NCBI GenBank assembly: GCA_033763455.1
Contig: JANRKO010000050.1
Coordinates: forward strand, 33,339-97,338
Source of the DNA: Polyangiaceae bacterium
GTDB lineage: Bacteria; Myxococcota_A; Polyangia; Polyangiales; Polyangiaceae
DNA length: 64,000 bases
Direction: 5' to 3'
A model generated the notes under the pieces. The model was not told the origin of the DNA. It saw only the letters and a list, made by a program, of their open reading frames with translations, and made no database searches. Position 1 is the stretch's first letter; each line of letters opens with the position of its first letter. Positions 48,813 through 57,744 of the stretch are shown piece by piece. A program made the translations under genes and the position numbers.

Positions 48813-50210
48813 TTACTTGGATGCGCACTGCATGGCGCACATGAGATCCCCCGGCGCGCATCCGCACCCGCCACTCTTCTTTTTGGGGGCAGCTGCCGGG
48901 GCTGCCGCCGCAGGCTCGCTCGCCGCTTTGCTTGGGGCTGACGAGGAGGAAGCCTTGGGTGTTTTCCTGCCGCCGCTCGAAGGGCGAGACGCCTTGGCGG
49001 TGCTTGCAGATTTGGTGTCCGGAGCTTCGGCAGCTTCGGCGGTGCCAGTTGCCGGAGGGGCCGCGGCAGGCTCGGGTGCAGGCTCAGGCGCCTTTTCCTT
49101 CGCAACTACAGGTTCGGCCGTAGCTGTGGCAACGGGTGCCGTGGCAGTAGCGGCGGCTGCGCTTTCCTGACTAGGCCCGGCTGGCTTCAGAATGAAGGCA
49201 ACAGCAACGGCCCCAAAGACTAGGAGCACAGCAGCCGCGAGGATGTAAATGCCCGTCTTGCTCTTCTTCGGCTGCTCGAAATCCATGCCACCCGCAAAGG
49301 GTGACGGCATCGCCATCGACACCGCAGGAGCACCAAGTGGTGAAGGCGCGCCCAATGGAGATAGCCCGAGTGGAACGGCGGCCATGCCCATATTGGGGGC
49401 GGCAGCAGGCGACTTCTGAGCAGCGGAAGCGAGTGCCTTCAGATCAATCAGCCCCGAATCCTCGCTTGGAGCAGATGGGCCCGGCGCCGGATGCGACGGC
49501 TTTGAAGCTGCCGCGGCGGTGAGCGCAGAGAGTGAGAACAGAACCGATGATTCGTTGCGAGCACCGGTTGAGGCCGTTACGGGCGCCGCCACTGGGGCAG
49601 GCGCGTCGTGTTGGTGCGCGCTCGTGGTGACTTCTTCTTCGCTCCCGGCGGTGGCAAAGCCACCAAAGAGATCTGCCGCACCGCTCAGGTTGGAGGTTCC
49701 GCGCGTGGCGATCTGGGTACGTTCGTCTGCATCCTCGTCGATGGTTGGGGTGGCCTTCTTGTCCCACGGCAATGCGGCGGCTGTTGGGGCTGCCGCTGCA
49801 GGCGCAGCGGCGCTTGCTTTGGGCGCTGTCGCTGCAACCGCTTGCGTTAACTCGGGAACGTCACCGAACGCTTTCCAATCGGCGAAGCCTTCCGCCCAGA
49901 CGTACGTGTCGCGCGTAACCTGTCCGGCCTTGAACGCTTGGACGAGTTCTCCCAAGGTCATGTTGCGCTGGTCATTTTCACCGAAATCAACGGTGTATTC
50001 ACCGCCGACACCCATGGACGCTTCTTCGGTTTCGCCCGGGCCGGGTGCAGCCGCTGCTGCCTCAGCTGCGTAGACGTTAGGCGGATCTACTTTTCCATCA
50101 ATGACGATGGTCGTGCCGCACTTGCGACAACGGATCTTTGCCAGGCGATCCTGGACCTTTTCGTCTGTAATTGAGTACTTGGCGTCACAGACAGGGCAGG
50201 TGATCTTCAC
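48813..50210 (-). CDS. Zinc-ribbon + GYF_2-like membrane protein (AgmX/GltJ-like N-terminus)
   Basis: CPVC..CRKC; TYVWAEGFADWK; single TM; Cys-rich C-terminal tip. Confidence 0.82.
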   Translation of the reverse strand: MKITCPVCDAKYSITDEKVQDRLAKIRCRKCGTTIVIDGKVDPPNVYAAEAAAAAPGPGETEEASMGVGGEYTVDFGENDQRNMTLGELVQAFKAGQVTRDTYVWAEGFADWKAFGDVPELTQAVAATAPKASAAAPAAAAPTAAALPWDKKATPTIDEDADERTQIATRGTSNLSGAADLFGGFATAGSEEEVTTSAHQHDAPAPVAAPVTASTGARNESSVLFSLSALTAAAASKPSHPAPGPSAPSEDSGLIDLKALASAAQKSPAAAPNMGMAAVPLGLSPLGAPSPLGAPAVSMAMPSPFAGGMDFEQPKKSKTGIYILAAAVLLVFGAVAVAFILKPAGPSQESAAAATATAPVATATAEPVVAKEKAPEPAPEPAAAPPATGTAEAAEAPDTKSASTAKASRPSSGGRKTPKASSSSAPSKAASEPAAAAPAAAPKKKSGGCGCAPGDLMCAMQCASK

Positions 50211-50418
50211 GATTGACCTTCGGTTGGTGCTTTGGTGCCGACGTTAGGTGGGCGACCAAGGGGGGGGTTGTGGGCATCAGAGGAGCCGTCCTCTCTTACC
50301 ATCACTTGCGCCGAAGCTACACCGGCAGTGCAAAGTGGCAAAACGTTCGACTCCTCCACCCGCAAACTCTTGGGGTTCCGGGGGCTTACACGGGCCCACA
50401 CCGGATGGGGAGGGCCAC

Positions 50419-50967
50419 TTACGGAAGGTCGAGGCTCGCGAGAGCCCGATCGTACCAACGCTCCACCTGCGCTCGGAACGGCCACATCCAGCCGTAATCG
50501 GCCCCAGTGAAGCGGCTTACGATCCTTTCCCTAAGGATCGGGTCGCGTACCGCCTCGGGCCCTAGATATTCCGCGGTCGCGCGCAGCGTCTCGACGTACG
50601 CTTCCCACTCGATGCGTGCTCGGCCGAGAGCAAGGCCGACTGGGAACAACGGGACGAGGTAAAGGAATGCCATGGGCAGCAAGCCCCAGCGCTTCCTCTG
50701 CAACAGGTGGATGCGCTCGTGCCGCAGGGTGATAACGCGGTCCACCTCTGCCGTGCGCTCCCAGGCGAGGGGAGTATAAAGAGTGTTGCCAATCACCGTG
50801 TGGTAGTGGCTGATGAACGACCGCTGGCGTCCGAAGGTGACGAGCCGCAGCGCTCGGTCGATGAGATGCGAGAAGCGATCGTTTCGCTTACTCACGATGC
50901 GGAAGCCAGGAAACTCCCGGGCCAACGCCCGCAGAAAATCTTCAGACGATGGGCAGTTGGGGCGCAT
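50419..50967 (-). CDS. Hypothetical protein with HExxH zincin-like motif
   Basis: TVIGNTLY..LRHERIHLLQ..EWEAY. Confidence 0.7.
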   Translation of the reverse strand: MRPNCPSSEDFLRALAREFPGFRIVSKRNDRFSHLIDRALRLVTFGRQRSFISHYHTVIGNTLYTPLAWERTAEVDRVITLRHERIHLLQRKRWGLLPMAFLYLVPLFPVGLALGRARIEWEAYVETLRATAEYLGPEAVRDPILRERIVSRFTGADYGWMWPFRAQVERWYDRALASLDLP

Positions 50968-51048
50968 AGCGAATCCGTTGCGAGAGGGGTTGGTGGGATG
51001 TCTCTTTGATTAGCTTAGAAATGAGTGCCAACTGTTAGTATTTAAAGA

Positions 51049-51978
51049 CTATTTCGCTACCATGCCAGGCTGCAGAGCGCGCCCACGCAGGAGCTCCGCG
51101 GGGCCCATCGCAGCACGCCCTTCAACCTGACCCAGGAGTATTTGAATGGCTTCACCACCCCCGCACCCGATCACCACGTCCTCCCCGTAGAGGACACCGA
51201 CTTCACCGGGGGCAAGCGCTTGGCGTGGCGAAATTGGGCGACAGCGGAGGAGCTTGAAGCGTTTGCCCCCAATGAACGTGAAGGCCCCGGGTCGAGGGCT
51301 CAACCCCCGTACAAGGTTGGTGACAACCTCGGCCGGCTCACCGAAATTCAGTTTACAGATTTCGGCGGTGATGAGTGGAGCGTGTGTCGCGAGCGCTTCG
51401 TCTTGAGGAGTTGCGAGAAGGGTTTCGCTAACAACATCGGCAAGATACTTCCGCACGACATCGGCAGCGAGGAGTCCCAGTCTGTCCGCAAGATCCTGTC
51501 CGCTATCCTCCTTCCCGATGCTGATGGGCTCCCGCACATAGACGGGCCCGGTGTCGAGCCCCTCGTCCATTTGCATCAGGGAAATGCCGGTCTCGGTGTC
51601 CCCCCGAATGATAGACCACTGGATGGGTGCGGCGCCGCGTAGCCGGGGCAGGAGCGAGGCGTGCAGATTGACGCACCCTCGCCGAGGCGCGGACAGAACG
51701 TCGCCGGGTAGAATCCGCCCGTAAGCGATCACGACGCCAACATCTGGCTGACGCTCAAGCAGCCGCTGGCGAAGGGCGCCGTCGCGCACCTTGAGGGGCT
51801 GATAAACGTCGAGCCCGAGTTCGAGGGCGCGCTGCTTTACCGGGGGCTCTTGGAGTTTGAGCCCTCGGCCTTGAGGCCTATCCGGCTGGCAAATCACGCC
51901 GACCACCTCGGCGACCTCCACGAGGGCCTCGAGTGAAGGGACCGCGATGGCAGGGGTACCGAAAAATATTGCTCTCAC
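51049..51978 (-). CDS. fmt: Methionyl-tRNA formyltransferase
   Basis: FFGTP, QPDRPQGRG, NLHASLLPRLRGAAPIQ, MDEGLDTG. Confidence 0.97.
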   Translation of the reverse strand: MRAIFFGTPAIAVPSLEALVEVAEVVGVICQPDRPQGRGLKLQEPPVKQRALELGLDVYQPLKVRDGALRQRLLERQPDVGVVIAYGRILPGDVLSAPRRGCVNLHASLLPRLRGAAPIQWSIIRGDTETGISLMQMDEGLDTGPVYVREPISIGKEDSGQDLADRLGLLAADVVRKYLADVVSETLLATPQDEALATHAPLITAEICKLNFGEPAEVVTNLVRGLSPRPGAFTFIGGKRFKLLRCRPISPRQALAPGEVGVLYGEDVVIGCGGGEAIQILLGQVEGRAAMGPAELLRGRALQPGMVAK

Positions 51979-52058
51979 ACCGCCTCCTTAACACTTTCAG
52001 GCCTTGAGCCGCACCTGAGGTAGCTAGATTCTATCGAGATGGTTAGGCTTGGTTCCCT

Positions 52059-54500
52059 ATGAGTGAAAAAAAGAAAGAAGCGCCCCCACCTCTTCCACCC
52101 AGTGACGAAGAGATCAAGTTCGGCGACGAGCTAGCGGTGTTGCCGATCCGCAACGCGGTGCTCTTTCCAGGAGCCGTGGCCCCGTTTGACGTTGGCCGCG
52201 AGAAATCTGTAGCGCTCGTGGAAGATGTGCATGAGCTCACGGGCCCCGTGATCGCGATCTTCGCACAGCGAGATCCTTCAACGGACGACCCGGGTGCTAA
52301 CGATTTGTATCCCGTTGGCTGTGCCGCACGTGTGCTCAAAGCGTTGAAGCATTCTTCAGGTAACTACTCACTTATTCTGCAGGGCCTCACCCGCATTCGG
52401 CTAGACGAAGTTACGCAGAGCGGCCCCTTCATGAAGGCGCGCGTTAGCCGTCTGGAGGCGCCCGCACTTGAGGATGTTGAGGCTGAAGCCTTGGCGATGA
52501 GCCTGCGTGATGTGGCCAAGCAAGTCATTCAATTGATGCCGGAGTTGCCGCGTGAAGCAGGCTCCCTTATCGATTCGATTCAGGCTCCCGGAGCACTTGC
52601 CGACTTAGTGGCTGCAAACCTCGACGCGCCGGTCGAGGAAAAAGCACAACTTCTAGAGACCGTCGAAGTCAAAGATCGTATCCGGAAGGTGCTGCGTTTG
52701 CTTACCCGTCAGCTTGAGATCTTGAAGATGCGCGAACGCATCAACTCTCAGATCAAAGAAGAGATGGGAAAAAATCAGCGTGAATACGTGCTGAGGCAGC
52801 AGCTCAAAGCCATCAAGGAAGAGCTGGGCGAAGATGATGGTGATCAGGGAGATCTTGATGGTCTCGAAGAACGCATCGTCAAAGCGAATTTGCCGAGCGA
52901 AGCGGACAGCGTTTCCAAAAAGCAACTTAAGCGCCTGCGTTCGATGCAAGTGGGCAGCGCCGAATACACCGTTGTTCGCACCTACCTGGACTGGATCTTG
53001 GATTTGCCGTGGAGCCAATCCACCGAAGACAACATGGATATCGCGCAGGTGCGCTCCGTGCTCGACGAAGACCACTACGGCCTCGACAAGGTAAAGAAGC
53101 GTATTGTCGAGTACCTAGCGGTGCGAAAACTGAAGAAGGATAAGAAGGGCCCTATCTTGTGTCTGATTGGGCCGCCCGGCGTGGGTAAAACCTCCCTGGG
53201 GCGGAGCATTGCGCGCTCACTCGGCCGAAAATTCGTGCGTATTTCCCTGGGTGGCGTGCACGATGAGGCCGCAATTCGCGGTCACCGTCGCACGTACGTG
53301 GGGGCGCTCCCCGGCCAGATCATCCAAGGCATGAAGAAGGCGGGGACCATCAATCCCGTGTTCATGATGGATGAGGTGGACAAAATCGGTCACGATTTCC
53401 GTGGCGATCCAAGCGCCGCCCTGCTTGAGGTGCTGGATCCTGAACAGAACAACGCCTTCGCAGATCATTACCTGGAGATCCCGTACGATCTGTCCAACGT
53501 GATGTTCGTTGCGACTGCGAACATCGCCGATCCGATCCCGCCGCCGCTCCGCGATCGCATGGAGATCTTGGAAATTCCTGGCTACACGCGCCGGGAGAAG
53601 CTGGCCATAGCGCGCCAGCACTTGATCCCCAAGCAGCTCGACGAACACGGCCTGAAGGAAGCCCAGCTCAGCATCACGAACGAAGCGGTGGAAGAGCTCA
53701 TCGAACACTACACGCGCGAAGCGGGCGTGCGGTCGCTGGAGCGCACCGTGGCCAGCGTGATCCGTGGTGTGGCCGTGAAGGTGGCCGAAGGCGACAAATC
53801 AGAACGCGTTATCAAGTCGGAAGACGAGCTGCGCGAATATTTGGGTGCTATCAAGTATACGAGCGAAGTCGCTGAACGCACCGAAGAAACGGGAGTGGCC
53901 ACTGGCCTTGCTTGGACTGCGGTGGGCGGGGAGATCCTCTTCATCGAAGTTACTCGCATGTTTGGTAGCGGCAAGATGCAGCTCACCGGGCAGCTCGGAG
54001 ATGTAATGAAGGAAAGCGCTCACGCCGCCTTGAGCTACGTGCGCACGAATGCAGAAAAATACGGTATTCCCAAGGATTTCTTGGAAAAGAGCGACATCCA
54101 CGTGCACATCCCTGCCGGTGGTATGCCCAAAGACGGCCCAAGTGCCGGCATCACCATGTTCTCGGCATTGGTATCCCTGCTTACGGGTATCCGTGTGCGC
54201 CACGACGTCGCCATGACGGGCGAAATCTCGCTGCGTGGCCGCGTGCTCCCGATCGGCGGGCTAAAAGAGAAGACGCTAGCTGCCCACCGCGCGGGCATTC
54301 GCCGCGTCATTGTTCCCGAGCGCAATAAGCCCGATTTGGACGAAGTGCCGAAGGAAGTACGGGATGAGCTCGAGTTCGTGTTTGTCACCAAGCTCGACGA
54401 AGTGCTCGCGGCCGCTTTGGAATCAATGCCCCAGCCATCCGAAGCTTACTTGGAAGAGTTAGCTAAGAAGCAAGCTGCTGCGCAAACGTCAGCCAACTGA
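52059..54500 (+). CDS. lon: Lon protease (LonA type)
   Basis: GPPGVGKTS, GHRRTYVGA, DEVDK, PKDGPSAG, TGEISLRGRVLPIGGLKEK. Confidence 0.98.
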   Translation: MSEKKKEAPPPLPPSDEEIKFGDELAVLPIRNAVLFPGAVAPFDVGREKSVALVEDVHELTGPVIAIFAQRDPSTDDPGANDLYPVGCAARVLKALKHSSGNYSLILQGLTRIRLDEVTQSGPFMKARVSRLEAPALEDVEAEALAMSLRDVAKQVIQLMPELPREAGSLIDSIQAPGALADLVAANLDAPVEEKAQLLETVEVKDRIRKVLRLLTRQLEILKMRERINSQIKEEMGKNQREYVLRQQLKAIKEELGEDDGDQGDLDGLEERIVKANLPSEADSVSKKQLKRLRSMQVGSAEYTVVRTYLDWILDLPWSQSTEDNMDIAQVRSVLDEDHYGLDKVKKRIVEYLAVRKLKKDKKGPILCLIGPPGVGKTSLGRSIARSLGRKFVRISLGGVHDEAAIRGHRRTYVGALPGQIIQGMKKAGTINPVFMMDEVDKIGHDFRGDPSAALLEVLDPEQNNAFADHYLEIPYDLSNVMFVATANIADPIPPPLRDRMEILEIPGYTRREKLAIARQHLIPKQLDEHGLKEAQLSITNEAVEELIEHYTREAGVRSLERTVASVIRGVAVKVAEGDKSERVIKSEDELREYLGAIKYTSEVAERTEETGVATGLAWTAVGGEILFIEVTRMFGSGKMQLTGQLGDVMKESAHAALSYVRTNAEKYGIPKDFLEKSDIHVHIPAGGMPKDGPSAGITMFSALVSLLTGIRVRHDVAMTGEISLRGRVLPIGGLKEKTLAAHRAGIRRVIVPERNKPDLDEVPKEVRDELEFVFVTKLDEVLAAALESMPQPSEAYLEELAKKQAAAQTSAN

Positions 54501-54588
54501 GCCTTTGGGGTTCAGGGTCCCTGCATGCACTCAGCGTGGGGGCCCTCTGGGCCCCGAGCCGTTGCATTCTCACGAGCCACGGTTTGGC

Positions 54589-55308
54589 TCAGTAGCCTTC
54601 GAGTTCCCAGAGCCGAACGCCGCCGCGAAGTGCGGTAGCATTCTGAAAAAGGCGGACATTGGCGGGCCATTCACCGCGGAATTTCTGCACATTGCCGCCT
54701 CCAATGTGGACGAGATTGTAGTTGAAGATGGGGTTTAACTGCTCAAGCGCTAAGAGCACGCGCCTGGTCCAGCGAGTCTTGCCGATTTGCTCGAGCGCGG
54801 CGTCCGACAAATTCTCTTCGTAGGTTTGCCCTTTGCGGAAGGGATGATGGCCGAGCTCAAGATTGGGCACCAGGTGGCCATTAACGAAGAGTGCTGTTCC
54901 AAGCCCCGTTCCGAGCGTCAGCACCAACTCCACCCCTTTACCTTCGACGACGCCGTAGCCTTGAAGGTCGGCGTCGTTGGCGACGCGCACTGGGCGCGCT
55001 AGCAAGGCATTGAGCTTGTCTGCGAGTGGCACAGAGCTCCATAAGCCAGCGGCGAGGTTCGGCGCGGTCATGCAAACTCCGTCAACCACAACCCCGGGGA
55101 AACCAACCGCAACGCGGTCGAACGCGGGGAGCTCCTTCACCATTTGCTCGATCACCCTCAAAATCGACTCAGGGCTGGCTGGCTGCGGTGTGAGCTCACG
55201 TTGGCGAGGAGTAATGGCGACGCCGGCGGCGTCGAGCACGAGCATTTTGATTCCGGTGCCACCGATGTCGATGGTGAGTGTTTTGGGCTGGTCGGTGGTG
55301 TTCGTCAT
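54589..55308 (-). CDS. ppgK: ROK-family kinase, polyphosphate glucokinase-like
   Basis: IDIGGTGIK, GFPGVV, NDADLQG, LTLGTGLG, PNLELGH; no ROK Cys/Zn motif. Confidence 0.75.
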   Translation of the reverse strand: MTNTTDQPKTLTIDIGGTGIKMLVLDAAGVAITPRQRELTPQPASPESILRVIEQMVKELPAFDRVAVGFPGVVVDGVCMTAPNLAAGLWSSVPLADKLNALLARPVRVANDADLQGYGVVEGKGVELVLTLGTGLGTALFVNGHLVPNLELGHHPFRKGQTYEENLSDAALEQIGKTRWTRRVLLALEQLNPIFNYNLVHIGGGNVQKFRGEWPANVRLFQNATALRGGVRLWELEGY

Positions 55309-55433
55309 TTCGTGCTCGAAGAAGGCTAGGAGTCTATCAAGATCCGGGAACGCGTGAAAAGTACACCTCGGTACTTGACCGAGCTTTGCTTCTCAAGCGA
55401 GTGTGAGGGGGTTAACGTAGAGGAGAGCGAACC

Positions 55434-56735
55434 GTGGTTGATAAGCCCCCAGTCAAGATTGGCCTTCTGGGTTGTGGCACCGTCGGCGGAGGCGTCCTCC
55501 GCTTGCTGCAGCAAAAAGAATCCGCGTGGGTAGCGCGTGTGGGCGCCCCCTTGGAGGTAACGCGCGTCGTCGTGCGGGATCTCGAAAAAGGCCGCGTGCC
55601 GGAGTGCCGCCCCGAGTGGTTGACTACAGACTACGAAAAGCTTTTCGGGTCAGATGTGGATCTCATCGTGGAGGTCATGGGCGGTGAGGAGCCCGCGAAG
55701 GGGCTCATCTTGCGCGCCCTCGGCGCTGGCAAGAGTGTAGTCACGGCCAACAAGCTTCTCATCGCCAAGCACGGGCCAATGCTTTTGAACACGGCCATCA
55801 GCCAGGGTGTAGATCTCGCGTTTGAAGCCTCCGTGGGTGGAGGCATCCCCATTATCCGAACCTTGCGAGAAGCCTTGGCGTCGGATTCCGTACAAACGCT
55901 GCACGCGATTTTAAACGGCACTTCGAACTACATTTTGACCCGCATGCGCGACGATCGAATGAGCTTCGATGCTGCGCTCGCAGAGGCCCAAGCACGGGGC
56001 TATGCCGAAGCGGATCCTACGCTAGATGTAGACGGCCACGATGCGGCGCAGAAGCTCGTGGTAGCGAGCTTGCTCGCTTTTGGAGCGGAGGTCGCCGAGG
56101 AAGCCGTAAGCGTAGAAGGGATCCGGGGCATTTCCCAGATCGATTTTAGAGCTGCAGAGCGTTTCGGCTACGCCATCAAGCATCTAGCGATCGCGCATGA
56201 GCTGGGGCACTCCGTGCGTCTGCGAGCGCATCCGGCCTTGGTTCCCAAGCACAGTGTGTTGGCCAGCATTGATGGCGTGTTGAACGGTGTGTTGATCACC
56301 GGCGAAGCTTTGGGCCCATGTTTTCTCGTGGGTCGTGGGGCGGGGGATATGCCCACAGCGGTGAGCGTCGTCTCGGATATTTTGGATTTGGCCCGTTCTC
56401 TCCGCGAAGGCGAGCCAGGTCGCCAAACCCGCGCTATTCAGTTCAAAAAGCGGCCCCTCGCTTCGCTCGACGATCTCACCACTCGCTATTACTTGCGCTT
56501 CGACGTGGCGGATAGGCCGGGTGTATTGAGTTTCATCGCGGGCGCGTTGGGTGAGCAGGGCGTCAGCATTGAGCAGATGTTCCAGCAAGGGCAAGCGGGC
56601 GATACCGAGGACGCCGTGCACGTGGTGTTGGTGACGCACACATGCCGAGAATCTGCGGTGCAAAAGGCCATTGTAGCGATCCAGAATGGCCCCTTCTTGA
56701 AGAGCCCCCCGCGGCTTATTCGAGTTGAAGGCTAA
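55434..56735 (+). CDS. hom: Homoserine dehydrogenase with C-terminal ACT domain
   Basis: GCGTVG, VTANK, EASVGGGIP, NGTSNYIL, GYAEADP, DRPGVL. Confidence 0.97.
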   Translation: MVDKPPVKIGLLGCGTVGGGVLRLLQQKESAWVARVGAPLEVTRVVVRDLEKGRVPECRPEWLTTDYEKLFGSDVDLIVEVMGGEEPAKGLILRALGAGKSVVTANKLLIAKHGPMLLNTAISQGVDLAFEASVGGGIPIIRTLREALASDSVQTLHAILNGTSNYILTRMRDDRMSFDAALAEAQARGYAEADPTLDVDGHDAAQKLVVASLLAFGAEVAEEAVSVEGIRGISQIDFRAAERFGYAIKHLAIAHELGHSVRLRAHPALVPKHSVLASIDGVLNGVLITGEALGPCFLVGRGAGDMPTAVSVVSDILDLARSLREGEPGRQTRAIQFKKRPLASLDDLTTRYYLRFDVADRPGVLSFIAGALGEQGVSIEQMFQQGQAGDTEDAVHVVLVTHTCRESAVQKAIVAIQNGPFLKSPPRLIRVEG

Positions 56736-56751
56736 ATCTAGCTAAATTCCC

Positions 56752-57609
56752 ATGTCAGATCCGCGCGCGCTCGGCGTCTTTGATTCGGGCCTAGGTGGCC
56801 TCACAGTGGTGCACGCCCTGCTCGATGCTTTGCCGAACGAGCGCGTCATTTACCTGGGCGATACTGCTCGCGTTCCCTACGGCACACGTTCGGCGCAAAC
56901 GGTGCTGCGCTATTCGCGCGGTTGCGCGCAAGTTCTAGTGGAACGTCAGGTGAAAGCCTTGGTGATAGCCTGCAATACGGCGAGCGCTGTCGCTGTCGAG
57001 ATGTTGCGAGCGGAGCTGGATTTGCCAGTCATCGGGGTGATCGAGCCTGGGGCACAGGCGGCTGTTTCGGCGATGGACCGGCTGCTGGCGGACCCTTCAT
57101 TTAGCGGTCCAGCGCGCATTGGAGTGCTCGGAACCCAGGGAACGATAGCTTCCGGGGCTTATCCCCGGGCGGTGAGTCAACTCTCCACACGGTATGAAGT
57201 GGTGGCGCGCGCGGCCCCACTGCTAGTGCCCTTGGTTGAAGAAGGTTGGCTCTCGGGGGACGTGCCGCGGCTCGCCGTGGAGCGATACGTCGGTGAATTA
57301 ATTGAGCTTGGGGCACAAGTTCTGGTTCTTGGCTGCACGCACTATCCACTGCTGAAGCCGTTGATTGCCGAGGTGGCGGAGCGCCTGGCGGGCAAGCCCG
57401 TGCCAGTGGTGGATGGAGCACTCGCGACGGCAGATAGCGTCGTGAAGCTGATAGAAGAGCGGCGCATTAGCGAGGCTTTGGAGCCCGGAGAAGGGGCGCG
57501 CTTGAAGCTATTTGTTACAGATTTACCGGCGGGCTTTTCAGAATCCGCACGGCGTTTTTTGGGCGAAAATGTGTCGCAAGTGGAGCAGATCGATTTGAAG
57601 GCGGGTTAA
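56752..57609 (+). CDS. murI: Glutamate racemase
   Basis: FDSGLGGLTV, DTARVPYG, IACNTAS, LGCTHYP. Confidence 0.97.
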   Translation: MSDPRALGVFDSGLGGLTVVHALLDALPNERVIYLGDTARVPYGTRSAQTVLRYSRGCAQVLVERQVKALVIACNTASAVAVEMLRAELDLPVIGVIEPGAQAAVSAMDRLLADPSFSGPARIGVLGTQGTIASGAYPRAVSQLSTRYEVVARAAPLLVPLVEEGWLSGDVPRLAVERYVGELIELGAQVLVLGCTHYPLLKPLIAEVAERLAGKPVPVVDGALATADSVVKLIEERRISEALEPGEGARLKLFVTDLPAGFSESARRFLGENVSQVEQIDLKAG

Positions 57610-57744
57610 CCGCGAACGCTGATACCTGCGGCTACCAGGGGGTAACCCTTGGGTTTTGTTAGGCCGGATCGAACCGCGTTTTTAGCTTGACCCAAGGTTT
57701 GCTCTGGCGTACGCACCTTTCAGATTCACATCGGGGAGCCCTGT

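Noticed and set aside
50231..50241. TTTGGTGCCGA matches the tRNA-Leu 3' end region (possible att duplication)
   Set aside because: Only ~11 bp, no integrase, and the intervening DNA includes ordinary housekeeping genes
50340..50362. GTTCGACTCCTCCACC resembles a tRNA/tmRNA T-loop and 3' end
   Set aside because: No T-stem pairing, acceptor stem or CCA end could be built
57644..57700. Imperfect 11-bp inverted repeat AACCCTTGGGT/ACCCAAGGTTT upstream of the giant protease
   Set aside because: Could be an operator, but it is short, has one mismatch and a 35-bp spacer, and no cognate regulator is nearby
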